Assembly: GCA_963828255.1 (NCBI GenBank) | Contig: CAWHDZ010000003.1 | Coordinates: 218,250-282,249 of the forward strand | Length of the DNA: 64,000 bases | Origin: an uncultured delta proteobacterium | GTDB lineage: Bacteria; Myxococcota; Myxococcia; Myxococcales; Anaeromyxobacteraceae | Direction of reading: 5' to 3' | Part shown: positions 43,444 to 52,221 of the stretch, piece by piece | Position numbering within the stretch: the first letter of the stretch is position 1 | Layout: each line of letters opens with the position of its first letter | Notes under the pieces: generated by a model | What the model was told of the DNA's origin: nothing | Seen by the model: only the letters and a program-made list of their open reading frames with translations | Databases searched by the model: none | Made by a program: the position numbers and the translations under genes

Positions 43444-44163
43444 TCAGCAGGCGCCCGCCGACGCGATGATGCGCCGGGCGGCCTGGGCCTCGGGCGCGGC
43501 CTGGAGGTGGAGCCACTGCGACTGCTCGATCCCGGCGAAGTCGAGGTGCGCGAGGTCGCCCCGCTGCACGGCGGCGCGGATGAGGGGGAGCGCGACCTGG
43601 ATCGACATTCCGATGGGGGTCACGTCGGCCGCCAGGCCGTGGGTGTGGGCCGAGAACGGCGCCTGGCCCCGGAGCACCTTCCGGTCGAGAGCCGGCGAGC
43701 GATAGCCGCTTTCCACCCGGAGAGGCACCCCCAGGATCGCCCGCACGGGTTCGAACACGTCGTTGGCGAAGCGCCGGGCGTTGTCCCGGAGATCGGGACG
43801 ATCGTTCCAGTGCCGCTCGTGCAGTTCGCGAAATCCCGGCTCGGGCGCGGCCACGTAGTCCGCCAGCTGGAGGCCTGGGCTGAGGGACTCCGGACCGGTC
43901 GGATCGGCGCCAGCCGCGGCCTCGAACAGGGCGCTGAGCGAGATCCGGTAAAGCTTGGCAAGGGTGACGAGGATGGCCACCGAGGGCACCCTCTTGCCGT
44001 GCTCCATCCGGGAGAGGTTTCCGGGATCGATGCCGGTCCTCGCGAGGACGCCCGGTCCGGTCAAGCCAGCCTCCAGTCGGGCGTCGCGGAGGCGACGCGC
44101 CAGCGGCGTACCAGTCACCATGGAAAGGACAGGCTCGGACTCGGGGACATTCCAACCACTCAT
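43444..44163 (-). CDS. XRE helix-turn-helix / peptidase M15 (Zn D-Ala-D-Ala peptidase fold) fusion
   Basis: LRDARLEAGLT...NLSRMEHGKRVPSV HTH; SGYRS, SAHTHGLAAD and WLHL M15 motifs; AAGGAG SD. Confidence 0.82.
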   Translation of the reverse strand: MSGWNVPESEPVLSMVTGTPLARRLRDARLEAGLTGPGVLARTGIDPGNLSRMEHGKRVPSVAILVTLAKLYRISLSALFEAAAGADPTGPESLSPGLQLADYVAAPEPGFRELHERHWNDRPDLRDNARRFANDVFEPVRAILGVPLRVESGYRSPALDRKVLRGQAPFSAHTHGLAADVTPIGMSIQVALPLIRAAVQRGDLAHLDFAGIEQSQWLHLQAAPEAQAARRIIASAGAC

Positions 44164-44206
44164 GAGGTGCTCCTTCAGGGGTTCTTGCGATCGAACAGGG
44201 GACAAG

Positions 44207-44222
44207 AGCAATCGGCGTGCCG
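44207..44222 (-). promoter_or_regulatory. Sigma54 promoter of the XRE-M15 gene
   Basis: Minus strand CGGCACGCCGATTGCT, near-consensus. Confidence 0.75.
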
Positions 44223-44293
44223 CATTGTCGGAAACGCAACTGCCCGGAAGGACGGGGCGGGTGAACGGCCGAACGGGGCGGGCCGCGACCGAT

Positions 44294-44311
44294 GAACGTT
44301 CGGGAACGTTC
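44294..44311. promoter_or_regulatory. Palindrome GAACGT-N6-ACGTTC, candidate enhancer-binding-protein site
   Basis: Perfect palindrome about 75-90 bp upstream of a sigma54 promoter; repeated at 45213-45230. Confidence 0.6.
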
Positions 44312-44457
44312 CCGGGGCCCTCGGCCGAATGAAAACGGCCTGTTGCGCCAAGGCGGCTCCGGTACGTCCCGTGCGGAAGGGGAGGGAATGCTCCATCGGA
44401 GCCCTCAAGGCGGGGACGGTCGGCGTCGCCGGCGCCACCCTCGGGAGGAGTCTCGTC

Positions 44458-44613
44458 GGGCTCAGTCTCGGCCTCTCCATCAGCCGGAAGGCCGTCGCGG
44501 CGAACCGGGGAGAGATCCACCACCGGAACCTGGCCGGCAAGGGCTGCATCTTCACCATCGACCTCCCCCAGGCGCCTGCCTTCGCCGAGGCCCGCCATCG
44601 CTCACCGGCATGA
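44458..44613 (+). pseudogene. Histidine kinase HATPase C-terminal fragment
   Basis: GLSLGLSISRKAVAANRGEIHHRNLAGKGCIFTIDLP with no upstream kinase sequence. Confidence 0.7.
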
Positions 44614-44680
44614 CCTCATGGTGTGGCCTGGGGGGGCCCGACCGGCCCGATGCGCTGGGCCGGCCGCGTCGAACGTCCTG

Positions 44681-44860
44681 CTACTTCCCGAGCACCTTCT
44701 TGACCTGGCCCACCTTCTCCTGCACCTGGCCGGCGTGCTTCTGATCCTTCCCCTCGGCCTCCAGCTCCGCAATGCCGAGCAGGGAGCCGGCGCCCTCCTT
44801 GATCTTGCCCGTGACCTTGTTGAACTTGCCCTTCACCTGGTCGGTCGTGCTGTTCTTCAT
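44681..44860 (-). CDS. CsbD family general stress protein
   Basis: Manual translation MKNSTTDQVKGKFNKVTGKIKEGAGSLLGIAELEAEGKDQKHAGQVQEKVGQVKKVLGK; GGAGGAG SD; below the ORF-track cutoff. Confidence 0.9.
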   Translation of the reverse strand: MKNSTTDQVKGKFNKVTGKIKEGAGSLLGIAELEAEGKDQKHAGQVQEKVGQVKKVLGK

Positions 44861-44895
44861 TTGGTCTCCTCCATTCTTGATGTGTGGGTGAATCT

Positions 44896-45021
44896 TCAGC
44901 GCTGGCCGAAGCGCGCCGTGGCGGCGGCCTCGTACTGGCCCTTGGTCATGGTCTCGGCCTGGGCCAAGGGGCTGAATGCGAGGCCGGCGGCGAGGGTGAG
45001 CAGCAGCGTGGATCTCTTCAT
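44896..45021 (-). pseudogene. Short secreted-protein ORF, probably internally deleted
   Basis: MKRSTLLLTLAAGLAFSPLAQA signal peptide followed by only 19 residues; AGGAG SD. Confidence 0.5.
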
Positions 45022-45210
45022 GGGATTCTCCTGACCGTGGGCTGGACGGACCTGGGCGGTTGGGACTGCCTTCCCTCGAGATGCTGCAAGCGCCGTACGC
45101 AGGTGCAAGGCCCAGACATTCCTGGAGCCGCGGCGCGACGGAGCCGGAATCCGGCGTCCGCGAGCAGGCCGTGGACGTTCAGGTCGCATGCGCAGTCCCC
45201 CATGGCCCGG

Positions 45211-45232
45211 GCGAACGTTTGGAGACGTTCGC
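45211..45232. promoter_or_regulatory. Palindrome GCGAACGT-N6-ACGTTCGC
   Basis: 8-bp perfect inverted repeat with the same core as 44294-44311. Confidence 0.6.
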
Positions 45233-45256
45233 GGACGAAGCGAGGCAGCACGGCGG

Positions 45257-45334
45257 TTCCCGCAGGCGGCGACGGCGCACCACATCTTCTGGGACTTCAT
45301 GTCGGTCACGCCCGAGGCCATGCACATGGTCATG
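45257..45334 (+). pseudogene. Catalase (KatE/HPII-like) internal fragment
   Basis: [26 protein letters not shown] resembles the large-subunit catalase PQAxxAHDxFWD...PExxHxVM segment. Confidence 0.65.
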
Positions 45335-45407
45335 ACCCTCGCATCGCATCGGCGTCGCGCTTCGGCAGGGGAAGGGCGCTCGAGGGGAGCGCCTGACCCG
45401 AGGACCC

Positions 45408-46850
45408 CTACAGGAGATTCGACAGCAGCCGCGCCCCCGAATTCCGGAAGCGCCGCAGGCGGGACCACGACCGCACCTCCTCCAGGGTGAGCTCCCGGCA
45501 ATCACGAAGGTCGTCCTGGAAGAGCCGTTCCGAGCACCGGGCCACCTTCTCATCGTAGATCCAGATCATGAGTTCCTTGTTGATGCGCAGGGACCGCATG
45601 TCCAGGTTGAGCGTTCCGATGGAGCAGACCTCGCCGTCGACCGTGAGCGTCTTCGCGTGGAAGAACCCCTTCTCCCAGAGCCAGATGCGCACCCCGGCCC
45701 GGAGGAGCCGCTCGAAGTAGGACTCGGCCGCCCACCACGGCACGTGCTTGTCCGGCCAGCCGGTCGTCATGAAGTCCACCTGCACGCCGCCCGCCGCCGC
45801 GTTGATGAGGACGTCGAGGGTGGTCTGGTCCGGCACCAGGTACGGCGACTGGATCTGGACCCGGCTCCGTGCCCCCGAGATCGCGAGCTGGTGGGCCCGC
45901 GTCGCCGCATTCCACGGTTCGTCGAACCCCTGGTGGATCGTCTGCACCATCGTCTCGCCGGGAGGGAGGGAGGCGTCCGGGTAGTACCCGGGCAGGAACA
46001 GGTCCTCGCCGAACACCTCGTACCAGCGCATGTCGAAGAGCTTCTCCAGATCCGCGACGCCGGGCCCTGTCATCCGGATGCCCGTGTCGCGCCACGCCGG
46101 GAACCTCTTCCCCCCGTCGATGTACTCCTGGCCGACGTTGAACCCGCCGCTGTGCCCGATCTCCGCGTCGATGACGGTGGTCTTGCGGTGGTTCCGGTAG
46201 TTCACACGAGCGAGTTGCGCGATGTCGGACCCGACCTGCGCCCCCGCCTTGCGCAACTCGTCGAGCTCGACCTTCGAGTACATGATGCACCCGACGAGGT
46301 CGTTCAGGATCCGCACCTCGACCCCCGCCGCGATGCGATCCAGGAGGACCCGGGTGATGCGCGCGGTGAGCTCGTCCTTTCCCCAGATGAAGTAGTTCAT
46401 GTGGATGAACCGCTTCGCCGAGGCCAGGTCGGCGAGCAGCACGTCGAAGTACTCCTGGCCGGAGCCGTAGAGGTCGCAGGTTCGCACCGGAAGGACCGGC
46501 ACACCGAGCTTCCGCTCGGCCACGAGCGCGATGCGCGCGTGCTCGCTCGCGAGCCCGGACACGAACTGCCGGGACCGCGCGGAATGCGGCGCGTACACCG
46601 ATGGCATGAAGCGTTCGAGGATGCCCTGCAGGCGCCGGGTGGCCGGGGCCCTCTGGATGTTGCTCGGCCAGTCGCGCCCGAAGAGGAAGTAGACGACGAG
46701 CCCCAGGAACGGGATGGCGAAGAGGACGAGCAGCCAGGCCAGGGAGGCGGTGGGCTCGCGGTCCTGGGAGATGACCAGGATGGACACGCCGACCCAGTAG
46801 ACGAGGATGGCGAGGTCGATGAGAGCCCAGATGTTGATCGGCAGGTCCAT
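45408..46850 (-). CDS. cls: Cardiolipin synthase
   Basis: N-terminal TM/PLDc_N region; [12 protein letters not shown] and [12 protein letters not shown] motifs. Confidence 0.92.
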   Translation of the reverse strand: MDLPINIWALIDLAILVYWVGVSILVISQDREPTASLAWLLVLFAIPFLGLVVYFLFGRDWPSNIQRAPATRRLQGILERFMPSVYAPHSARSRQFVSGLASEHARIALVAERKLGVPVLPVRTCDLYGSGQEYFDVLLADLASAKRFIHMNYFIWGKDELTARITRVLLDRIAAGVEVRILNDLVGCIMYSKVELDELRKAGAQVGSDIAQLARVNYRNHRKTTVIDAEIGHSGGFNVGQEYIDGGKRFPAWRDTGIRMTGPGVADLEKLFDMRWYEVFGEDLFLPGYYPDASLPPGETMVQTIHQGFDEPWNAATRAHQLAISGARSRVQIQSPYLVPDQTTLDVLINAAAGGVQVDFMTTGWPDKHVPWWAAESYFERLLRAGVRIWLWEKGFFHAKTLTVDGEVCSIGTLNLDMRSLRINKELMIWIYDEKVARCSERLFQDDLRDCRELTLEEVRSWSRLRRFRNSGARLLSNLL

Positions 46851-46934
46851 CACCCGACCATACCCTTCCCGCCGACCGGGTTGCGTTCCGGGAGCGGTCG
46901 AATATCTACTCGTCCCCACTCCGGAAAGGTGACC

Positions 46935-48365
46935 ATGCGCACGAATCCTCTCGAAGCCGCATCCCTGCACGGCGATGAGCTCATCGACACGCCCATCGGG
47001 GACATCGAGCTGCGCCACGGCTACTTCGACGACGACGCCTCCCGGAGGCTGTTCGACGAGATGGACTTCCAGCGGGCCTGCCAGGCCTACCTCTGGAGCC
47101 ATCCCATCGTCAGCATGACCGGATGGCGCCGGCGTCAGGGCGAGGCCCATGGCGTGAAGGGAGCCACCGACTTCGTTGTGCTGAACACGCTCAAGGAGAA
47201 GCGGGGCATCGTGACGGGAAACCTGTCCACGCCCTACATCCTGCAGTTCACGAGCCTGAAGGACGGGCCGCTGGTGGTCGAGTATCCGGGCGGGATGACG
47301 GCCGGTGGATTCATCGACCTCTGGCAGCGCCCGGTGGCGGACACGGGGCTCACCGGTCCCGACGGGGGCAAGGGCGGCACCTACGTCGTCGTCGGTCCGG
47401 AGGACGACCCGAAGGCGTACGAGAAGCCGGGCGCCTTCGTGTTCCAGAGCGCGACGAACGTCATCCTCTTCGGCCTGCGCATCCTGGACCCCGATCCGGC
47501 CTACTACGCCCTGGTGAAGTCCAGCCTGAAGATGGGCCGGCACGGAGGCCCGCTCGCGACCTGCCGCTTCATCGAGAATCGCGACGTCGAGTGGAGCGCG
47601 ACCGCCCCGCGAGGCCTCGCGTACTGGCAGGTCCTCTGGGAGGCGATCCAGGACGAGCCGGTGCGCGGGGTCGACAAGGCCTGGATGGCGATGCTGCTCC
47701 CGCTCGGCATCGAGAAAGGGAAGGCCTTCCAGCCCGACGCCAGGCAGGCGTCGATCCTGCTCCGGGGCGCGGCGATGGGCGAGCTCATGGCCCGGAACCT
47801 CCAGGTGAACCCGCGCTTCGCGGAGCCGTTCTGGAAGGACACCCACTGGTACAAGTGCTTCGACTTCACCATCCCCCAGGAGACCGAGACCCGCGTCGAG
47901 CTCGACGAGCGGGTCACCTGGTTCTACGAGGCGGTCACGAGCAGCAAGGGCATGGTGAACCCCGTGGTGGGCAAGGGTCAGGTGTACATGACCACCAAGC
48001 GCGACTCGAAGGGGAACCTGTTCCGCGCCGACCGGACCTACAAGCTGCACGTCCCGAAGGACGTCCCCGTCGCGCAGTTCTGGGCGCTGACGCTCTACAG
48101 CGAGAACACCCGCAGGCCGTACGACAACGGCGGCACCGATGCGCGCAGCGTGGATCTCGGCAACAAGGTGAAAGATCTGAAGGCCAACGACGACGGCAGC
48201 GTCGACCTCTTCATCGGGGCGAAGGCGCCCGCAGGGTTCGAGAAGAACTTCATGAAGACCGTGGGCGAGGACGGCTGGTTCGTGTACTTCCGCCTGTATG
48301 CCCCGCTGCAGCCGTTCTTCGACAAGACCTTCAGCCTGGCCGATTTCGAACTGGTGGAGGGATAG
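46935..48365 (+). CDS. DUF1254/DUF1214 domain protein
   Basis: MDFQRACQAYLW, GPDGGKGGTY, QFWALTLY and WFVYFRLYAP motifs. Confidence 0.9.
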   Translation: MRTNPLEAASLHGDELIDTPIGDIELRHGYFDDDASRRLFDEMDFQRACQAYLWSHPIVSMTGWRRRQGEAHGVKGATDFVVLNTLKEKRGIVTGNLSTPYILQFTSLKDGPLVVEYPGGMTAGGFIDLWQRPVADTGLTGPDGGKGGTYVVVGPEDDPKAYEKPGAFVFQSATNVILFGLRILDPDPAYYALVKSSLKMGRHGGPLATCRFIENRDVEWSATAPRGLAYWQVLWEAIQDEPVRGVDKAWMAMLLPLGIEKGKAFQPDARQASILLRGAAMGELMARNLQVNPRFAEPFWKDTHWYKCFDFTIPQETETRVELDERVTWFYEAVTSSKGMVNPVVGKGQVYMTTKRDSKGNLFRADRTYKLHVPKDVPVAQFWALTLYSENTRRPYDNGGTDARSVDLGNKVKDLKANDDGSVDLFIGAKAPAGFEKNFMKTVGEDGWFVYFRLYAPLQPFFDKTFSLADFELVEG

Positions 48366-48376
48366 ACCCCGTGGAC

Positions 48377-49429
48377 ATGACCCGTGCCTTCGCCGTGCTC
48401 CTCGTCGCATCCGCCTTCCACGCCCTCCCGGCGCGAGCCGCCGAGCCGCGGCTCGTCTGCTTCGGCAACGAGCCCTCCTGGAGCCTGCGATTCGACGGGG
48501 GAGGGCGGGCGACGCTCGCGTTCCCCGATGGCAAGCCGGTCGAGTATCGGGGGCGGGAGACCCGGCTCGACTTCCTGAAGGAGCGGGCCTGGCGCGGCAC
48601 GCCTGCCGGGGAGGGGAAGGGCGTGGTCGTGGCCTTCCTCCGGGAGTCGGCGTGCAGCGACACCATGTCCGACACCGTGCATCCCCTGTCGGCGCGGGTG
48701 TCCTTGCCGGACGGCCGCCTGCTGGCCGGCTGCTGCCGCATCCCGGCGTCGCCCCTCGAGGGGACCACCTGGCAACTCTCCTCGCCCGGGGACCCGGCGG
48801 CTCCCATCACCGTCCGGTTCGCGGACGGCCGCGCCTCCGGCTTCTCCGGCTGCAACCGGTTCAACGGCGGGTTCAGGCGGGATGGCGACACGCTCACCGT
48901 CGGCCCGCTGGCCGGCACCATGATGGCGTGCCCCGAGGCCCGGATGGCCGTCGAGAAGGGCTTCCTCGACGCCCTGTCCGGCAAGCACGGCGTCGCCATC
49001 TCCGGCGCTCGACTGACCCTGACCCCGGCCTCCGGATCGCCGCTCGTCTTCCAGGCCGAGCCCGAGCCCACGCTGGAGGGGTTCGCCTGGAAGGTCACGG
49101 CGTTCAACAACGGCCGGCACGCGGTCGTGGGGCTCGTGACCGGCACCACGCTGACGCTCTCCTTCGAGAACGGGATGGTCCGGGGCAGCAGCGGCTGCAA
49201 CACCTTCCGTGCGCCCTACACGAGCGATGGGAATCGCCTCTCCATCGGCCCCGCCGCGACGACCCGCATGGCCTGCGGCGCCGAGGGTGTGATGGAACAG
49301 GAGCGGCAGTTCCTGGCCGCGCTCTCGACGGCCAAGGTCTGGGCCGTGGAGAGCGGGACGCTCGACGTCCACCGCCCCGATGGGGAGCGGGTGCTGATGG
49401 CGTCGGGAACCGCCGCAACTACTCCCTGA
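48377..49429 (+). CDS. Secreted protein with a COG3650-like domain and two META (HslJ) domains
   Basis: GNEPSW, CSDTMSD; GFSGCNRF...TMMAC and GSSGCNTF...TRMAC. Confidence 0.85.
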   Translation: MTRAFAVLLVASAFHALPARAAEPRLVCFGNEPSWSLRFDGGGRATLAFPDGKPVEYRGRETRLDFLKERAWRGTPAGEGKGVVVAFLRESACSDTMSDTVHPLSARVSLPDGRLLAGCCRIPASPLEGTTWQLSSPGDPAAPITVRFADGRASGFSGCNRFNGGFRRDGDTLTVGPLAGTMMACPEARMAVEKGFLDALSGKHGVAISGARLTLTPASGSPLVFQAEPEPTLEGFAWKVTAFNNGRHAVVGLVTGTTLTLSFENGMVRGSSGCNTFRAPYTSDGNRLSIGPAATTRMACGAEGVMEQERQFLAALSTAKVWAVESGTLDVHRPDGERVLMASGTAATTP

Positions 49430-49435
49430 CCGGCC

Positions 49436-49657
49436 TCATGGAGCCCGCGCCCGCTGGACCAGGGAGCGCACCGACGCGATCAGCGCGCCGCCCGACACCA
49501 TGCCCAGGAAGTAGGCCACGACGATCGCCACCGACACCGGCAGGGTCAGGCTCATGGTCAGGAACGAGACCGTGACCGACTGGAGATTCTGGACCTTGAA
49601 CAGCAGCACGGCCGCGGTCAGCAGGACGACGAGGCCGATGTAGACGTTACGCATCAT
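49436..49657 (-). CDS. LapA/DUF1049-like small membrane protein
   Basis: Two TM helices with QNLQSVTVSFL. Confidence 0.7.
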   Translation of the reverse strand: MMRNVYIGLVVLLTAAVLLFKVQNLQSVTVSFLTMSLTLPVSVAIVVAYFLGMVSGGALIASVRSLVQRARAP

Positions 49658-49808
49658 GGCAAGGGACTCCCTCGGGGGTTCACGGGCAGGAGAGGGTCCT
49701 AGGAGCGTGACATTCGCCGGTCGAGCCCCAAAAGGGTGTTGAGGGCTGGGCGCCCGCTCCCAAGAGACTCCGGCTGAAGACCAACGAAGTGAAGGGGGAA
49801 CACCACCG

Positions 49809-51161
49809 ATGAGCACGCTCACGCCGAAGGATGCACGCCAGATCGCGAAGGAGGCCTACGTCTATGGCTTTCCGATCGTCGACAACTACCGCGTCAGCTA
49901 CTCGTTCTACGTGGACCGCAAGAGCCCCGAGTTCAAGGCTCCCTGGAACAGCCTCAACAACACGGCCCGCGTCTTCACGCCGGACGACACGTCCATCCAG
50001 ACCCCGAACTCCGACACGCCCTACTCCCAGCTCGGCACCGACCTGCGCGCCGAGCCGCTCGTGCTCACGATTCCGCCCGTCGAGAAGAACCGCTACTTCT
50101 CGGTGCAACTCATCGACGCCTTCACCCACAACTTCGACTACATCGGCACCCGGACCACAGGGAACGGCGGCGGTCACTACCTGCTCGCCGGGCCAAGCTG
50201 GAAGGGCGAGGCGCCGGCGGGAATTGCGAAGACGTTCCGCTGCGAGACGGAACTCGGCTGGGCGTTCTACCGCACCCAGCTCTTCGACCCCTCCGACATC
50301 GAAGGCGTGAAGAAGGTGCAGGCCGGTTACCGGGTCCAGACCCTGTCGCAGTTCCTGGGCAAGCCTCCCCCGCCCGCCGCGCCCAAGATCGACTTCGTCG
50401 CGCCCCTCTCAGCGGAGGAGCAGCGAACGTCGCCGGACTTCTTCAAGTTGCTCGCGTTCGTGCTCGGGTACTGCCCGACGCACCCCTCCGAGGTGGCGCT
50501 CCGCGAGCGCTTCGCGCGGCTCGGGATCGCGGGCGGGAAGACCTTCGACCCCGCCCGACTTTCTCCCGAGATCCTGCAGGCGGTGAAGGACGGCATGGCC
50601 GACGCGTGGGCAGAGTTCGGGGCCTTCAAGGCCCGCGACATCGACACGGGCAAGGTCGGCTCCGCCGAGGTGTTCGGTACGCGAGAGTACCTCCAGAACA
50701 ACTACCTCTACCGCATGGCGGGCGCCGTCCTCGGCATCTACGGCAACTCGAAGGAGGAGGCGGTCTACCCCATCTACTTCGTCGACTCCGCGGGCGAGCC
50801 GCTCGACGCCTCGAAGAAGACCTACGCGCTGCGCTTCCCGCCGGGCGCGCTGCCGCCGGTGGACGCCTTCTGGTCGCTCACGCTCTACGCGCTGCCGTCG
50901 AAGCTCATGTACGAGAACCCGCTGAAGCGCTACCTCGTCAACTCGCCGATGCTGCCTGGCTTCGCCCGCGACGCCGACGGCGGCCTCACGCTCCACGTCC
51001 AGCATGCCTCGCCGGGCGCCGGGAAGGACTCGAACTGGCTGCCCGCACCGTCCGGCCCCTTCTACATGGCCCTGCGCCTGTACCTTCCGAAGAAGGAGGC
51101 GCTCGACGGCACGTGGAAGCGGCCCGAGCCGCAGGGAACCCCAATCACCGGAGGCAAGTGA
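49809..51161 (+). CDS. DUF1254/DUF1214 domain protein
   Basis: AKEAYVYGFP, TPNSDTPYS, FWSLTLY and NWLPAP motifs. Confidence 0.92.
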   Translation: MSTLTPKDARQIAKEAYVYGFPIVDNYRVSYSFYVDRKSPEFKAPWNSLNNTARVFTPDDTSIQTPNSDTPYSQLGTDLRAEPLVLTIPPVEKNRYFSVQLIDAFTHNFDYIGTRTTGNGGGHYLLAGPSWKGEAPAGIAKTFRCETELGWAFYRTQLFDPSDIEGVKKVQAGYRVQTLSQFLGKPPPPAAPKIDFVAPLSAEEQRTSPDFFKLLAFVLGYCPTHPSEVALRERFARLGIAGGKTFDPARLSPEILQAVKDGMADAWAEFGAFKARDIDTGKVGSAEVFGTREYLQNNYLYRMAGAVLGIYGNSKEEAVYPIYFVDSAGEPLDASKKTYALRFPPGALPPVDAFWSLTLYALPSKLMYENPLKRYLVNSPMLPGFARDADGGLTLHVQHASPGAGKDSNWLPAPSGPFYMALRLYLPKKEALDGTWKRPEPQGTPITGGK

Positions 51162-52106
51162 ATGGAACCCGTGAAGGTAACCCCCGAGACCTACATCCGG
51201 GCCGAGTCCGACCGCAGCTTCCGCAACATCGCGGGTCTCGCAGGCGGCGTGAACCGGTTCTTCCACATCCGCGCTCCGACCCCGCTCGACAAGCAGACCA
51301 TCATCCGGATGAACCAGGACACGCTCTACTCCGCCGTGGTCGTCGACACGGCGAAGGGGGCGACCATCACGCTCCCGGACGTGCCGAAGGGGCGGTTCAT
51401 GTCCGCCCAGGTCATCGACAACGACCACTACTGCCCGGCGGTCTTCTACGGCCCCGGACCGCACAGCATCAAGAGCGACACGAGGTACGCGGTGGTCGCG
51501 GTGCGCATCCAGGTCTTCGACCCGAGGGACAGGGCAGAGGTGGCGCTCGTGAACGCGCTCCAGGACCGGCTCGCGATCGCGGCCGGCAGCGCGGACCCGC
51601 TCCCGCCCGCGAACTGGGAGCCGGAGTCGCTGCAGGAGCTGACGCGGCAGTACGGGGCCGAGGCGAAGGCCATGAAGAACTTCAAGGGGCTCATGGGCCC
51701 TCGCGGCAAGGTCGACGAGAAGCGGCGCCACCTCGTCGCGGCCGCGGGCTGGGGTCTCAATCCCGACGAGGACGCGACCTACTTCATGTACGCAGGCGAG
51801 CACGACCCCGGCAAGGGGTACACCGCGACCTACCAGGTCCCCGAGAACGGCGCCTTCTGGTCAATCACGATGTACGGCGCCGACGGCTTCATGAAGTCCG
51901 AGAACGCCATCCTGAACAGCTCCAGCGCGAAGCTGAACCCGGACGGAACCTTCACCGTCCACTTCGGGTCGAAGGAGCTCTGCGGCGACGTCCCGAACCG
52001 ACTCGACGTCACGCCGGGCTGGAACTTCATCTTCCGCGTGTACAAGCCGGGGCCGAGCGTGCTCGACGGGAGCTACGTGCTGCCGGCGGCGCGGCCCATC
52101 AAATAG
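51162..52106 (+). CDS. DUF1254/DUF1214 domain protein (short type)
   Basis: IRMNQDTLYS, FWSITMY and GWNFIFRVYKP motifs. Confidence 0.88.
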   Translation: MEPVKVTPETYIRAESDRSFRNIAGLAGGVNRFFHIRAPTPLDKQTIIRMNQDTLYSAVVVDTAKGATITLPDVPKGRFMSAQVIDNDHYCPAVFYGPGPHSIKSDTRYAVVAVRIQVFDPRDRAEVALVNALQDRLAIAAGSADPLPPANWEPESLQELTRQYGAEAKAMKNFKGLMGPRGKVDEKRRHLVAAAGWGLNPDEDATYFMYAGEHDPGKGYTATYQVPENGAFWSITMYGADGFMKSENAILNSSSAKLNPDGTFTVHFGSKELCGDVPNRLDVTPGWNFIFRVYKPGPSVLDGSYVLPAARPIK

Positions 52107-52221
52107 ACGGCGGTGGGCTTGACCGAACCCGACGTCCCGTCGGAACATCCCGCCTCCGCATTCCCTCGGTACTGGGTGCGAGGCCCGTGCTCGCGGGGCA
52201 CGCGAGAGTTTCCAGGAGGCC

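Noticed and set aside
43444..44163. Prophage (repressor plus endolysin)
   Set aside because: No structural, integrase, holin or replication genes nearby; both domains are in one ORF with a host-type sigma54 promoter.
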